A DNA stretch of 64,000 nucleotides, from positions 1-64,000 of the forward strand of contig NIVC01002410.1 of NCBI GenBank assembly GCA_002269645.1. The letters run 5' to 3'. This document shows positions 35,326 to 48,700 of this stretch, one piece after another. Position numbers and translations under genes: made by a program. The first letter of the stretch is position 1. Each line of letters opens with the position of its first letter. The notes beneath the pieces are model-generated. The model saw only the letters and a program-made list of their open reading frames with translations, ran no database searches and had not been told where the DNA came from. Source of the stretch: Macrostomum lignano. Taxonomy: Eukaryota.

Positions 35326-38300
35326 TGATTATCAGAGGGCCCTACAGAACACACATTTTATATTGATGATTATAGCTATGCCTATAAGTACTCTGTAATT
35401 TTTTATATATTAACAGATTTGCATATTAGAATAAATTCTAATAAAATCAATGTTACAATTATGAGGATATGATAAATTCATAGCCATAGTTCATTTCATG
35501 CTTTGAGTTATGCGAGAGGAAAAATGATAAAATTTTATCATTTATGCCAGACTTATGCCAGGCTTATGCATCGCAGGCTAGGCATAATGCCTAGTCTAAG
35601 GGGTGTGTAGGGCGTTTTGTACAAACATTTTCCTTTTTCATAATTTTTTTATTTATTAATGCTTCCATTTGTATATTGTAATTAAAACTTTATAAACATA
35701 AGTCTTAAAAAGATAATAATATAGTTTTTCTTTTACAGTACAATTTTTGACTTTAAACTTTGTTTTACTTTTTACAAATACTAAAAAATGTTGTTGTTTA
35801 AATTTAAATTTAAATTCTCCATTGTATTCAAATACTTGAAATAAGCTATAGTCATTAAAACCACAGTCAAAATTTATTTCTTGTCAGGGAAATGTGCCAA
35901 AAGATCATCTATAATTGTTTTTACGCTAGCCATTTATGCCAATCCAATTTTCTATTAATTCTTACCCAAGCATTTATGCCAAGGCTAATTTTTGTCTAGA
36001 ATTATTCTATGTAAGAGATTTTTAGCATAACTGTAACAAAATGGACTATGGATTTATAGCTATAAGTGACTAATTTCATTTAACCTTTTATGCCTAATAC
36101 TAATAATATTCAATTATATAAAAGTTAAGCCTGTCAATCTTTATTTTATATCAAGGAAAGAAATTAGACTATTATATTTTTTGAAAAACTAAATAGGGCC
36201 TAGGAGTCTAGGACATTTTAGTTTCAAGGTAAAATATCATTATTATATATATTTTATCTCACTTTAGTTAATAGGCCCTATAATAAATAGTTTTATAAAG
36301 TTTTAGAATTAATAGAATGTAAGCTTATAAAGCAAGATAAATTAGGATTGTACAATATCATTTGACTTAAATATTCACTTTTTTAAAGCCATAAATCTTA
36401 TTATAGGCCTACTTTAAAAAGGTTAGAAATAAATTCTATATGATAAGATCTATAAATATATTTTTAATATATATTATAGCACCTAGATTAGGCCTAGCAA
36501 ACTATTATATTGATTAATGCTAATAAAATAGTTTATATCAAGTCCATTTATCTATTCTATCTCTAATAGTGTTTTAATAAAGAATATAATCTTCAAATCC
36601 TAAGATCTTGGAATCCTAAGATTAAGCCCAAATCATATTATTCTTAATCCTAAGATTTTTATTAGACCTAAATCCCATGATTTTTATTAGACCTAAATCC
36701 TAAGATTAAAAATCTTGAGATTAACCATCTGGATCATAATCCTACTTTGCAATAATTCAGTCATTGATTTTCAAATAATAGTATCTATAGCATGGGTTGG
36801 CAACCTTTTCAAAACAAGGGCCAAATAGCCAAATTTTTCAATTGCCTAGGGATCAATAACATAAAAAATTGAAGAACCCCAATTGCATCAAGTTATTTTG
36901 ACCTAATATTTTTTCAATTAATGATGATCAAAACCTCAATCTTGTCCTAACAATTTAGATTTCCATTCCCCACCCCAAAACCTGCCTTATTGGCTTTTCT
37001 TTCTCTTTTCAATCTAATCTATATAACCACCTCTTTCTAAAAACATTCAAACTTGCAGCCTATCTTTCCCCCATAGAAGGCCAACATAGGATACAAATGA
37101 GATAGGTAAAAGTAAAAAAGAGAAAGAAAGTGGAATAAAAGTTGTGGCAATGATGATTAATATTACATGATTTTTCCCATGGACATGCTAGATGCATAGC
37201 AATATAGACATCCAATATAGCAATATAGCAGGGTAATAGCAGAATGACTTTAAGTAGTCTCTACTAAACCTAGCTAACCTGACTACTACCCTAGCTATAG
37301 TTGGGATTAGAACAGTAGGACCTTTCTATTAGACTATAACCCAAGCCACCAATTTTCTATCTAGGATAGATTCTCCTAAGAGAGTAAAGGCTGATCCCTT
37401 TTTACCCTAAACCCTGATATAAATACCTATGCTATAGCTTTATAAGCTATCATTCTCCAAGTTATATCATATTCAAGTATGATGGCAATTGGCAAAATGT
37501 TTTATTTCATTCTACTTTTATTATAAAAAAGCCCTTTAAAATCAAATTAAATGGCTTTGTAAACCAAATTTAGCACTAACAAAGATTCGAAACTTTTTTA
37601 ATCCTAAGATCACAAGATCTTAGGATCTTAGTCAAATTTGTTGGGATCCCAAGATTGGCAAAGTCTAAGATATCCTGATCTTAAGAATCATGGTATTTGA
37701 AGTCTAGGATATCCCAATCCCAAGAATCATAGAATTGAAAAAACTTGGGATTTTGTATTTGTATCTAGACTATAATTTTTTGGCCTGTAACTATGCAAGG
37801 TCTATTTTATAATATTGAGTTATAGTGCTTAGTATAGCTTGCCCATCCCCCCTTTAAAAAATTTTCTGGATCTGCCCCTAAATCTGCATACACAATGCTA
37901 TCCTTATGAGAGCCTTAGACTAGAGATAGATCCCTGTGATTCCCCAAGACCTAAAAAGACTAGAAGAGACAGGCTTGTATTTTGGAAAAAAACTTGTCCA
38001 TTTCCCCTAGCAATTTCTCTAGTTCTCTAAAGCATAATATACTGTAACCAACTAAATGGTTATGGTTTAATAATAATATTTAATATACTATTACAAAAAG
38101 TACATGGCCCACTAGTGAGTAACAAAGGTCAAATAGTTTATATTTTTCATTTGTTTATTTGGTTGCCAAGTTTTTTATTAAAGGCAGAGGAGATATGTGC
38201 ACCGTGATGCACTTTAAGCAACATTGTCACACAACTGTCAAGAGGCATTACTGCCCATTCTGTCACAAGCATCCAGATATGTACGCAGCCATACACACAT

Positions 38301-40959
38301 GCACACACTGACACAGGAGTGTACAGCGGGCTCAACTATATTTATTGTTAGGCATGTACACTTCACTGTGCCTTGGGGGTTGGCTTTGGCCCTAAGAGTG
38401 TTACCCTAGACCACCATGCTACAGCCCCCTTGTATCAAACTTTACAGTTTCAACAATTTTTTGCATAACTTTGCACACACTACTACTTGTAGTTATAAAG
38501 TAGTGGCTTATACTGTTTGTGTACTCCGCTATCCAAATAGGTTTCCCTGGCGTCCCCTGGACTGGAACTAATGCTCCCTTGTTTACGCTTGACTTCAGCC
38601 CTTTCAGTCTTAATCAATATATGCTTCTCTGATTTCTTTTCGAGCTCTCGGGGTCGAGAAGGTTGGGGACTGATTAGGGAAAGAACGGAGGGAGATTGTC
38701 AAGCAGTCTTGTAAGAAATATGATGATTATTATTAGGAAATCTATCCCCTTGGTATTATCTGTCTATTTGAACTGTTTACCGCAGTATAGCCATCCTGAT
38801 TTGCTCTGTCCTTAAAGTGCAATCAGGCTGTGTCATACGTAATTGACTTCGGTTTACTAGATATACGTGTGTATACTCAACAGCATTGAAAACCCGCCAC
38901 CCTAGAGCATTGGCAGAGCCATTGACCTCAGCTTTTTTGGGCGGTTTTCAATCTTGTTTAGTATCTATGTTCAGTATAGATTGCTATCGGCGTCTTGACT
39001 TTCCAGATTATCCATATCCCTTCACTCGTATACATACTCAGCAACACGTTAAACTAAAGTTTCCACCCTGAAACCAGAACTTTTCCCAGAGCTCAGCCTC
39101 AAGTGACGCAATTTACACCACACCCACAGTTCTCGTCACTAGGTGAGGAGAGAGCGGAGAGTTATGGCTATAGAGTTGAATTAAAAGCTGCCATTTGTTG
39201 AGCACTGTTTTCGCAGTGGAAGCTTGAACATGATGCGGAGTGCACATGTATACATATTGGCAGTCTGCTAACTAATCGACCTTTAGTGCACTGTCGCATA
39301 TTGCGTATATAAATTTCTCTATAGGCCTTTTAGCCTTTAGTTTTATTGCTGTTTTGGTTAGTATGTCCTTGTGAATAAGGCTTACAATGCATGATTAATT
39401 AATTAGCCTTGTGGGTTGACCCTCGTGGGTGTGAATCGCACAACAGATGGTGTAGATGTCCGATGATTAGAAAGCCGAGGTCCGCTGTACACCCTACAGT
39501 ATTGGCGCGCTTGAATGTGCTCAGCAGTCTGATGTGAGACGATGTCGCCTACGCATGATTCAAGTCTGTGCGAACTAGGACGGCTTGTTCGCTATGGCAA
39601 CCCCCACACAATTAAGTCATCGCAAAAGCGTTGCACTAGGGTGCTCTTAGTCCTCCTGCAAGTATTGTTGTTTGTACCGCATTATAATTAGGATAGCATG
39701 CAGTTCTGAGCGAACTTCATCAGTCGTGTTTTGATCTCTGTCGCTGTTCTTTAGCTGAATAGGCTTTGTAAATTGGAAAACATGTTTTGTTCTGCAAAAA
39801 GAAAGAGCCCTGGGAGAAATGCCTGAGCATGCGATCGTCTGTGCGTGTACGGGTGTATCGGCCTTTTCACCCCCTCCCTCCCACGGGATCTCGTGACTAG
39901 AATTTTTTTAACCTCTACTGTGCCTCCGAGGCTGGCTTGAAATGTTTTTCAAGTCATTTTATCATTCGCTCTATCTTAAAAGTGTATATGCGACACACAC
40001 AATGCAGTCGGGACCTGAAGTATAGTCCAGTACAGTTCACTGATGCACTTTACTCGTACTCAACAAAAGCTAAACTATCAAGGCATCAGGGGGTCTCGCT
40101 CAGCTATTGGAAGCTTTCATTGGGAGGACGCCATGTACTTTTTCTATCCGATAAGGGATGCCATGTACTTTTGCTAGCTGTTTGGCCTCCTTGCTCCCCC
40201 TCCCGGCTACGCCCTCACGTGTCATGGCGCCAACGCTAAGTGCGGCATGGGGGTCGGTCCCGGGTCGGCACAACGCAACCCGCTGGTGGCTGTGTTGCGC
40301 AATGGTAAACCCTCATCAAGCATGTCTGGGACTTCATAAAGCAGAGTTCAGCATAGTTGGCCCGCAGAATGCTAAAGTTCCATGCCCGTTTCAGTCCTGA
40401 AATATAATCCGTGGGCGGACAAGCTGACAGGCTTTGGAATTCAAAGTGCACGAGTTTAAAAAAAATTGCTCGCGCACAAGATAGAGAATTATATGGAATC
40501 GTGTGTGGGGTAAGGGGATACGCTTTAATGGTATGTAAGCTATGTAGATATAATGTTATATATAGCGCAAAGTGCAAATTTTATTTCAAAGCCCTCTAGT
40601 ACGAATCCGCTTGCTTGGCCTGCCGCTAGAATCTTTAGGCTTTCTTGCAGATGGAATGCAAACCGAGTGTTGGGTTTTTTTGTGCGCCTTTAATTTGATT
40701 AATAAAATTACTCTTTTTTTCTGACCGTATCTCACTAGCCTGGGGCTTGGGACCGACATTATTGTACTACCTGTCTGACTAAGTTGTAAAGGTTACTGAG
40801 TGCCATTATACGAGTATTAGTGTACTTTGTTGTGGTTTTCATTGCAGTGAGACTGGCTAGGCTCCGTTTTTTAAATATAATTCTAATATAAAGCTTCGAG
40901 TCTGAATTATGTAATTTTATTCATAAACTATTCGTTCCTGTTCATAAGACCCAACTTTC

Positions 40960-41860
40960 TAAGAATTAAACTTTTTAAGAACTAAACTTCATAAGACCTA
41001 AGCTTCATGAGACCTAAACTTCATAATACCTAAACTTCAAGACCTAAACTTCATAATACCTAAACTTCATGAGACCTAAACTTCATAACACCTAAGCTTC
41101 ATGAGACCTAAACTTCATAATACCTAAACTTCATGAGACCTAAACTTCATAACACCTAAGCTTCATGAGACCTAAACTTCATAATACCTAAACTTCAAGA
41201 CCTAAACTTCATAATACCTAAACTTCATGAGACCTAAACTTCATAACACCTAAGCTTCATGAGACCTAAACTTCATAATGCCTAAGCTTCATGAGACCTA
41301 AACTTCATAATGCCTAAGCTTCATGAGACCTAAACTTCATAATACCTAAACTTCATGTGACCTAAACTTCATAACACCTAAGCTTTCATGAGACCTAAAC
41401 TTCATAACACATAAAGCTTCATAATGCCTAAACTTCATGTGACCTAAACTTCATAACACCTAAGCTTTCATGAGACCTAAACTTCATAACACATAAAGCT
41501 TCATAATGCCTAAGCTTCATGAGACCTAAACTTCATAACACATAAGCTTCATAATGCCTAAGCTTCATGAGACCTAAACTTTATGAGACCTAATCTTTAT
41601 AAGATCTAAACTTCATGAGACCTAAACTTCATAATGCCTAAGCTTCATGAGACCTAAACTTCATAATACCTAAACCTCATGAGACCTAAACTTTATGAGA
41701 CCTAAACTTTATGAGACCTAAACTTTATGAGACCTAAACTTCATGAGACCTATAAAACTTCATGAGACCTATCTTCATCAGATCTAAGCTTCGTAAGACC
41801 CAAACTTCATGAGACCTAAACCGTGTGACGCCTAAACTTTCTAAGAACTAAACTTCGAAT
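40960..41860. repeat. 16-bp compound minisatellite upstream of SPOP
   Basis: Alternating acctaaacttcataat / acctaaacttcatgag units. Confidence 0.95.
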
Positions 41861-42799
41861 TGCCTAATTATTTTTATTTTAACTCTAATGCTTTAGGTAT
41901 TAGCAGAAATTATATATTTTCATTAACGATGCCCAACACTGAGAAAATCATGCGTTATGAAGATGGTTGGTTCTAACTTTTTATTGAACCTTTCCAGCCA
42001 CTTGCTATGAGAATCGTGCTCACTATCTTTTCTGCATAAGATCTTAAGGGTTTTTCTACCGAGGAAAATAGCTCTATCGATTGACGTCTTGGCCAAATTC
42101 TGGTTCAGGTAAGTTGCTTTGCTTTATTAATAGGCTTTTTCAAGTATTAGCTAGGCAGAATGTTATCGATTATACTACTAAATACACTAAGCACTTTTCT
42201 ACTCTATTAGCTTGTATTCTTTACTTCCTACTTCTCACTCCCTAGCCGAAGCCCGCATTCCACTTGTGCTGGAAAAGTGCACAGCACGTCTATATCTCCC
42301 CATTTTTAGTGGGCCAGCCTTCTTTATCCCCTACAGCTTCCTCCGTCGCTTGCCTCCCCGTTAAGTCTCTGGCCAACCTGCCCTCGTTACCCCAGTTTCT
42401 CCAACCCACCCTCCGCCAATCTATAAAAAATCTGTCCTTGGCTAACTGGTGGCTATTGGCTGGCCGCCCCCCCCCCTGCACCGCTCCAGTGCCGGGCTTC
42501 TCTCTCTCTATCATTTTCTCAATAGTTCTCTCTCCCCTACTCAGATTATTGTATAAAAGGTCTCCGTAGTGTTCCTGCTTCGATCTAAAGCGCCAGTCGT
42601 TAGGACCAAGTAAACAGTAAAATATTAGCATATCACATCAGGATTGTAAATTTTATTTTACCTAGCAAGATTGTCTAAATTATTATTACTATAAGCAATC
42701 GGCAAGCCATTGGGGTTGATTCGTTTCAAGTGTCATCCAGTTCAGTTCATTATTTTCCACGATAACTTCTCTCGATAATTTGTTCATTATTAACATTAG

Positions 42800-45700
42800 T
42801 ACAGGCGCGTTAAGCGCTTAATCCAAGCATTCATCGTGGCTGACTCTTCGTCTTTAGGCCAGCTACAGCAGCAGCAGCAGCTTCTGCAGCAGTCCCAGCA
42901 GCCTCAGCATCAGCCCCAGCACCAGAACTCTTATCAGCAACAGCAGCAGCACCAGCGCAGCAGTGGCAGTCAATACAGCCACTACCAGCCTCAGCACCAA
43001 CAGCAGTACCAGCACCAGCTGTCAAGCCTGTACAGCGGCCTGGCGCACCATCGTTCCGAGCCGCCGCCGCTCCAGCCGCAGCTACAGCCTCCGCCGCATC
43101 AGCCTCATCATCATCACCAGCAGCAGCAGCCGCTGCATCAAGCGCAGGTAAGTCAGGTCCGTCTGTCTTTATCGTAGCCCTCGTGTTGGTTATTTAGTTA
43201 TTGATCCTCAGACTGGGCCGCTACTCTCCTAGATCCTCGGACTGGACCGCTACTCTCCTAGATCCACAGACTGGGCCGCTACCCTCCCAGATCCTCAGAC
43301 TGGGCCGCTACTCTCCCAGATCCTCAGACTGGGCCGCTACTCACCCAGATCCTCAGACTGGGCCGCTACTCACCCAGATCCTCAGACTGAGCCGCTACTC
43401 ACCCAGATCCTCAGACTGGGCCGCTACTCTCCCAGATCCTCAGAGTGGGCCGCTACTCTCACAGATCCTGAGAATGGGCCGCTATATTCCTAGATCCTCA
43501 GACTGGGCCGCTACTCTCCTAGATCCTCAGACTGGGCCGCTACTCTCCTAGATCCTTAGACTGGGCCGCTACTCTCCTAGATCCTCAGACTGGGCCGCTA
43601 CTCTCCTAGATCCTTAGACTGGGTCGCTACTCTCCTAGATCCTCAGACTGGGCCGCTACTCTGCTAGATCCTCAGACTGGGCCGCTACTCACCCAGATCC
43701 TCAGACTGAGCCGCTACTCTCCCAGATCCTCAGACTGGGTTGCTACTCACCCAGATCCTCAGACTGGGCCGCTACTCTCACAGATCCCCAGACCGGGCCG
43801 CTACTCTCACAGATCCCCAGACCGGGCCGCTACTCTCACAGATCCTCAGACTGGGTTGCTACTCACCCAGATCCTCAGACTGGGCCGCTACTCTCACAGA
43901 TCCCCAGACCGGGCCGCTACTCTGCTAGATCCCCAGACCGGGCCGCTACTCTCACAGATCCTCAGACCGGGCCGCTACTCTCACAGATCCTCAGACAGAG
44001 CCGCTACTCACCCAGATCCTTAGACTGAGCCGCTACTCTCCCAGATCCTCAGACTGAGCCGCTACTCTCCCAGATCCTCAGACAGAGCCGCTACTGTCAC
44101 AGATCCTCAGACAGAGCCGCTACTGTCACAGATCCTCAGACAGAGCCGCTACTCACCCAGATCCTTAGACTGAGCCGCTACTCTCCCAGATCCTCAAACT
44201 GAGCCGCTACTCTCCCAGATCCTCAGACAGAGCCGCTACTGTCACAGATCCTCAGACAGAGCCGCTACTCACCCAGATCCTTAGACTGAGCCGCTACTCT
44301 CCCAGATCCTCAGACTGAGCCGCTACTCTCCCAGATCCTCAGACTGAGCCGCTACTCACCCAGATCCTTAGACTGAGCCGCTACTCTCCCAGATCCTCAG
44401 ACTGAGCCGCTACTCTCCCAGATCCTCAGACAGAGCCGCTACTGTCACAGATCCTCAGACTGAGCCGCTACTGTCACAGATCCTCAGACTGAGCCGCTAC
44501 TGTCACAGATCCTCAGACTGAGCCGCTACTCTCCTAGATCCTCAGACAGCCGCTACTTTCCTAGATCCTCAGACAGAGCCGCTACTCCCAGATCCTCAGA
44601 CTGGGTCGCTACTCTCCCAGATCTTGAGATGCGAATTTTTTTAAATTAAATAATTCCGCTACGAGGCCCTTTATTGCTATACAATAACAAAGTTGCTCTA
44701 TCAAACCAAGGCTCTGTCGGCCAATATGGAGCCGCAGCCGCCGCCTTTGCGTCTGCCGCCTATGCTAGATTCGACTAACGATCCGAGCTCCGCGGGCGGG
44801 CCGCCACTGTCCCGGCCGGGAAGTCCCGGCCAGCCGCCTGAACTTGGCGGCGCCCCGGTTGCTGAGAACTGGTGCTACACCCAGGTGAAAGTGACCAAGT
44901 TCACCTACATGTGGAGTATCAATAATTTCAGCTTCTGTCGGGAGGAGATGGGCGAAGTACTCAAATCCTCTACTTTCTCTGCCGGACCGAATGACAAATT
45001 TAAATGGTAAGTGGTAATGAAATTGTTGATTGTATACTGATATGCGTATATGGAAGAGGATCTGCTGATGGGGTAATGACAATCTGTTGATAGGATAATG
45101 AAGATCTGCTGATGGGGTAATGACAATCTGTTGATAAGGTAATGAAGATCTGCTGATGGGGTAATGACAATCTGTTGATAGGATAATGAGGATCTGCTGA
45201 TGGGTTAATGACAATCTTTTGATAGGATAATGAAGATCTGTTGATGAGGTAATGACAATCTGTTGATGAGGTAATGACAATCTGTTGATGAGGTAATGAC
45301 AATCTGTTGATGAGGTAATGACAATCTGTTGATGAGGTAATGACAATCTGTTGATAGGATAATGAAGATCTGTTGATGGGGTAATGACAATCTGTTGATG
45401 AGGTAATGACAACCTGTTGATGAGGTAATGACAATCTGTTGATGGGGTAATGATAATCTGCTGATGGGGTAATGACAATCTGTTGATGAGGTAATGACAA
45501 CCTGTTGATGGGGTAATGACAACCTGTTGATGAGGTAATGACAATCTGTTGATGGGGTAATGATAATCTGCTGATGGGGTAATGACAATCTGTTGATGAG
45601 GTAATGACAACCTGTTGATGAGGTAATGACAATCTATTGATAGGATAATGAAGATCTGTTGATGGGGTAATGACAATCTGTTGATGGGGTAATGACAACC

Positions 45701-48700
45701 TGTTGATGAGGTAATGACAATCTGTTGATGGGGTAATGATAATCTGCTGATGGGGTAATGACAATCTGTTGATGAGGTAATGACAACCTGTTGATGGGGT
45801 AATGACAACCTGTTGATGAGGTAATGACAATCTGTTGATGAGGTAATGACAACCTGTTGATGAGGTAATGACAATCTGTTGATGAGGTAATGACAACCTG
45901 TTGATGAGGTAATGACAATCTGTTGATGGGGTAATGACAATCTGTTGATGGGGTAATGACAATCTGTTGATGGGGTAATGATAATCTGTTGATGGGGTAA
46001 TGACAATCTGTTGATGGGGTAATGACAATCTGCTGATGGGTAATGACAATCTGTTGATGGGGTAATGACAATCTGTTGATGGGGTAATGATAATCTGTTG
46101 ATGGGGTAATGATAATCTGTTGATGGGGTGATGACTGTCTCTTGGTGGGGGTAATAGCGATATGCTTATGGGGTAATGAAGAACTGCTGATGAAGAAAAT
46201 GGTTGTTTATTGAGCTTCTGGTTAAAAGTGCATCTTGTTTGTTGCTGCTGAGTTAGATAAAATTTCTAGTCTTGTTTTCTGAGTAGCAACTGAGCTCAGC
46301 AAGTTTGCACTAGCTAAACTAGAATATAAGTATTGATTTTTGCAAATTGCAACTAAGAAAAAGCTGCTGTGTTAGGGTAGGTTAAGGGTGTCTTTTTTGA
46401 CTGCCCGTATTTAAACTTTTTTTATTGTTTGTCGTTCTTGCGTGAGCATACGCGTACACATGTAAGTTTATTTTTTTCGAGAAAACAGAGTTTGTAAAAG
46501 TGCATGCAAGATTAGAGCTACGGAGGCACATAGTAGAGAGAGGCGTCGGTGGAATGGACTGATTTGTATGGGAAAAAATGGGTTCAAATTTTATATTATG
46601 TCATATATAGTTAAACTCCCTCAGAGAGGGGGTCGGCATCGCATCCTTGTGACCTCGATTGCGATTCACTCCTCCGGTTCATCCTGTCCTCGCGTGTCCT
46701 TGACTTCTGCGCCAAAATATTTCTCTCCCTCTTTTCCCCTCGTCTTTTTGTCCCAATTTTTTCACCGACTTCCCCTTCTGTCATGCATCCAAACTCTGTG
46801 GCTTACAGGTTCTTGATTGGGTTTCGCTTCGTAAAGTCGCTTAACTGCAATGAAAATGACATACAGGCAAAGTCAAGGTATTTTCGCCGAAAAGAACCTA
46901 CCTTTGGGGCTTGGGCTTAAAATTGGCATTAAAATACAGTCAGTAAGATAGTATAGTCAATATAGTGTGAATTTTCATGCTCACTATATGCGCAAGATAC
47001 AGTACTACTTGGTAAAATGTACATCGATCCAGAACAGTCAATAGTTTTGATTGACAAAGGACATACACGTCACAAGGCCGAGTTACTCAATATTAAACAT
47101 GACTCTGACTCTCGTGCCACGACCCCTGCTTCGATTCACAGCCATGAGGGCCAGCCCCAATGCACAGAGAGTGTACATGTCTGAATTAGAAATTCAGAGC
47201 CGCTGTACACCCTGTGTGAGCGTGTGTATGAGTGTGTGCCTGCGTACAGTATTTGCGCTTGCATGTGCTCAGGGAGTTAGCGGAATGGGCAGAATTGCCT
47301 TAAAACTGCTTGTTGAACTATTTCGCCAAAGACGCAGCGGTCAGGTTTCTGCAATTTTTCTTTATTTATTTATAAGGCCAGTAGGATTGTTGGTTGGTTT
47401 TGTATGTTTCGGCTATGTAAATTAAAGTATAACCGATTTTTGTTATAGCAAAATAGTGCACTGCCGAGTTCAGTGCGCATAAACTGGCCTGAAAGGGCAG
47501 GCTTGGGACATGGGGTTCACGCGGGATCAGTTGGAGGATAATCACAACAAAGGAAGCAAGAGAAAGAGACAGAGAGGAGGAGGGTGCGGAGAAGAAAACT
47601 AAGGCGGCTACCCACCCGCGTGCCCTCGTGTGTGACCCCGAACAGCTCCGATCTGTCTGTGTCGACCTTCCTCACCCCCTACACTGGCGTGGATGATCTG
47701 GCTAGTGCGTAAGGCCACGAGTTGGCCTCAGATATAGCAGCAGAAGGGAAGAGGGGAAAGGGTGAAGCAGAGTCGCCGACTGTGTTTCTGGGGTCGCGGG
47801 CGTGGGGACAGCGCCTGGCCTGGAAAACTTTTTTGAGGGATTTAGACTGCGCAAGCCAGAGGAGAAAAGAACGGAGTCAGTAAGAAACGATGACAAGGGG
47901 GCGCAGTGAAGGGTGATAGAGAATCGGGAAGCTTGCTACTGGCGTCTATTACCTTAGCTGACACGCATGCTGTCCTTGGTGTGCTATCAATAGGGCTTAG
48001 TAGATATTTAGTATAGTTGACTAGCTTGAGCCCCCCGGGGGGATTTACAGAGACTCTCGACATTAGTTGATACCTTAGACAAGTTAAGGATTTATGTTGT
48101 GACGCTAACAATTTATAATCCTATTCGTGGTAAGACTCATTCCCTAGTATCAGCACTGCCTCTGCTGTCCTGACCTAATGCGCAATTAATAGGGCTTAGT
48201 AGATATTTAGTATAGTGGACTAGCTTGAGCCCCTCATTGTAGAAACTGTGCAGAAGTAAACTCAGACTGTCGGCATTGGTTGATCCTCTTGCTGAGATAA
48301 GTTTGAGAAGTATGACGCTAACAAGTTATATAGTCACATCGTAGTAAGACTCAATCATATAATTCTATGAATACGAGGGATTAACTTCCCCTTTATTCTC
48401 CTCTCCTCAACTCATCTCCACACGCATGCTATCTCTGACGCTTGGGAGGGGGCCCGGGGGCTTAAAATGTGTTTTAGTAGTACTTTACAATCGCTTCCAT
48501 CTAATGTCATCCAGTGCTTTTTTTAGTCGCTTGATTCTGTTTACACAAAACCTTGCGTTCGTTCTTCTAAACTCAATTTCATGGGGGTGGGCGGCGGCCC
48601 TGCGGGTGGTCTGTCGCGTGGCTTTCTTCAACTAGCCCAGACACAGAGTTCCTGATATAGCATATATATATATTCTCGTCTATAGCTTAAACAGTTATAT

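Noticed and set aside
42260-42630. ORFs at 42264-42631, 46568-46816 and 47702-48111
   Set aside because: They look like TE remnants in non-coding DNA, with no diagnostic domain to support a call.
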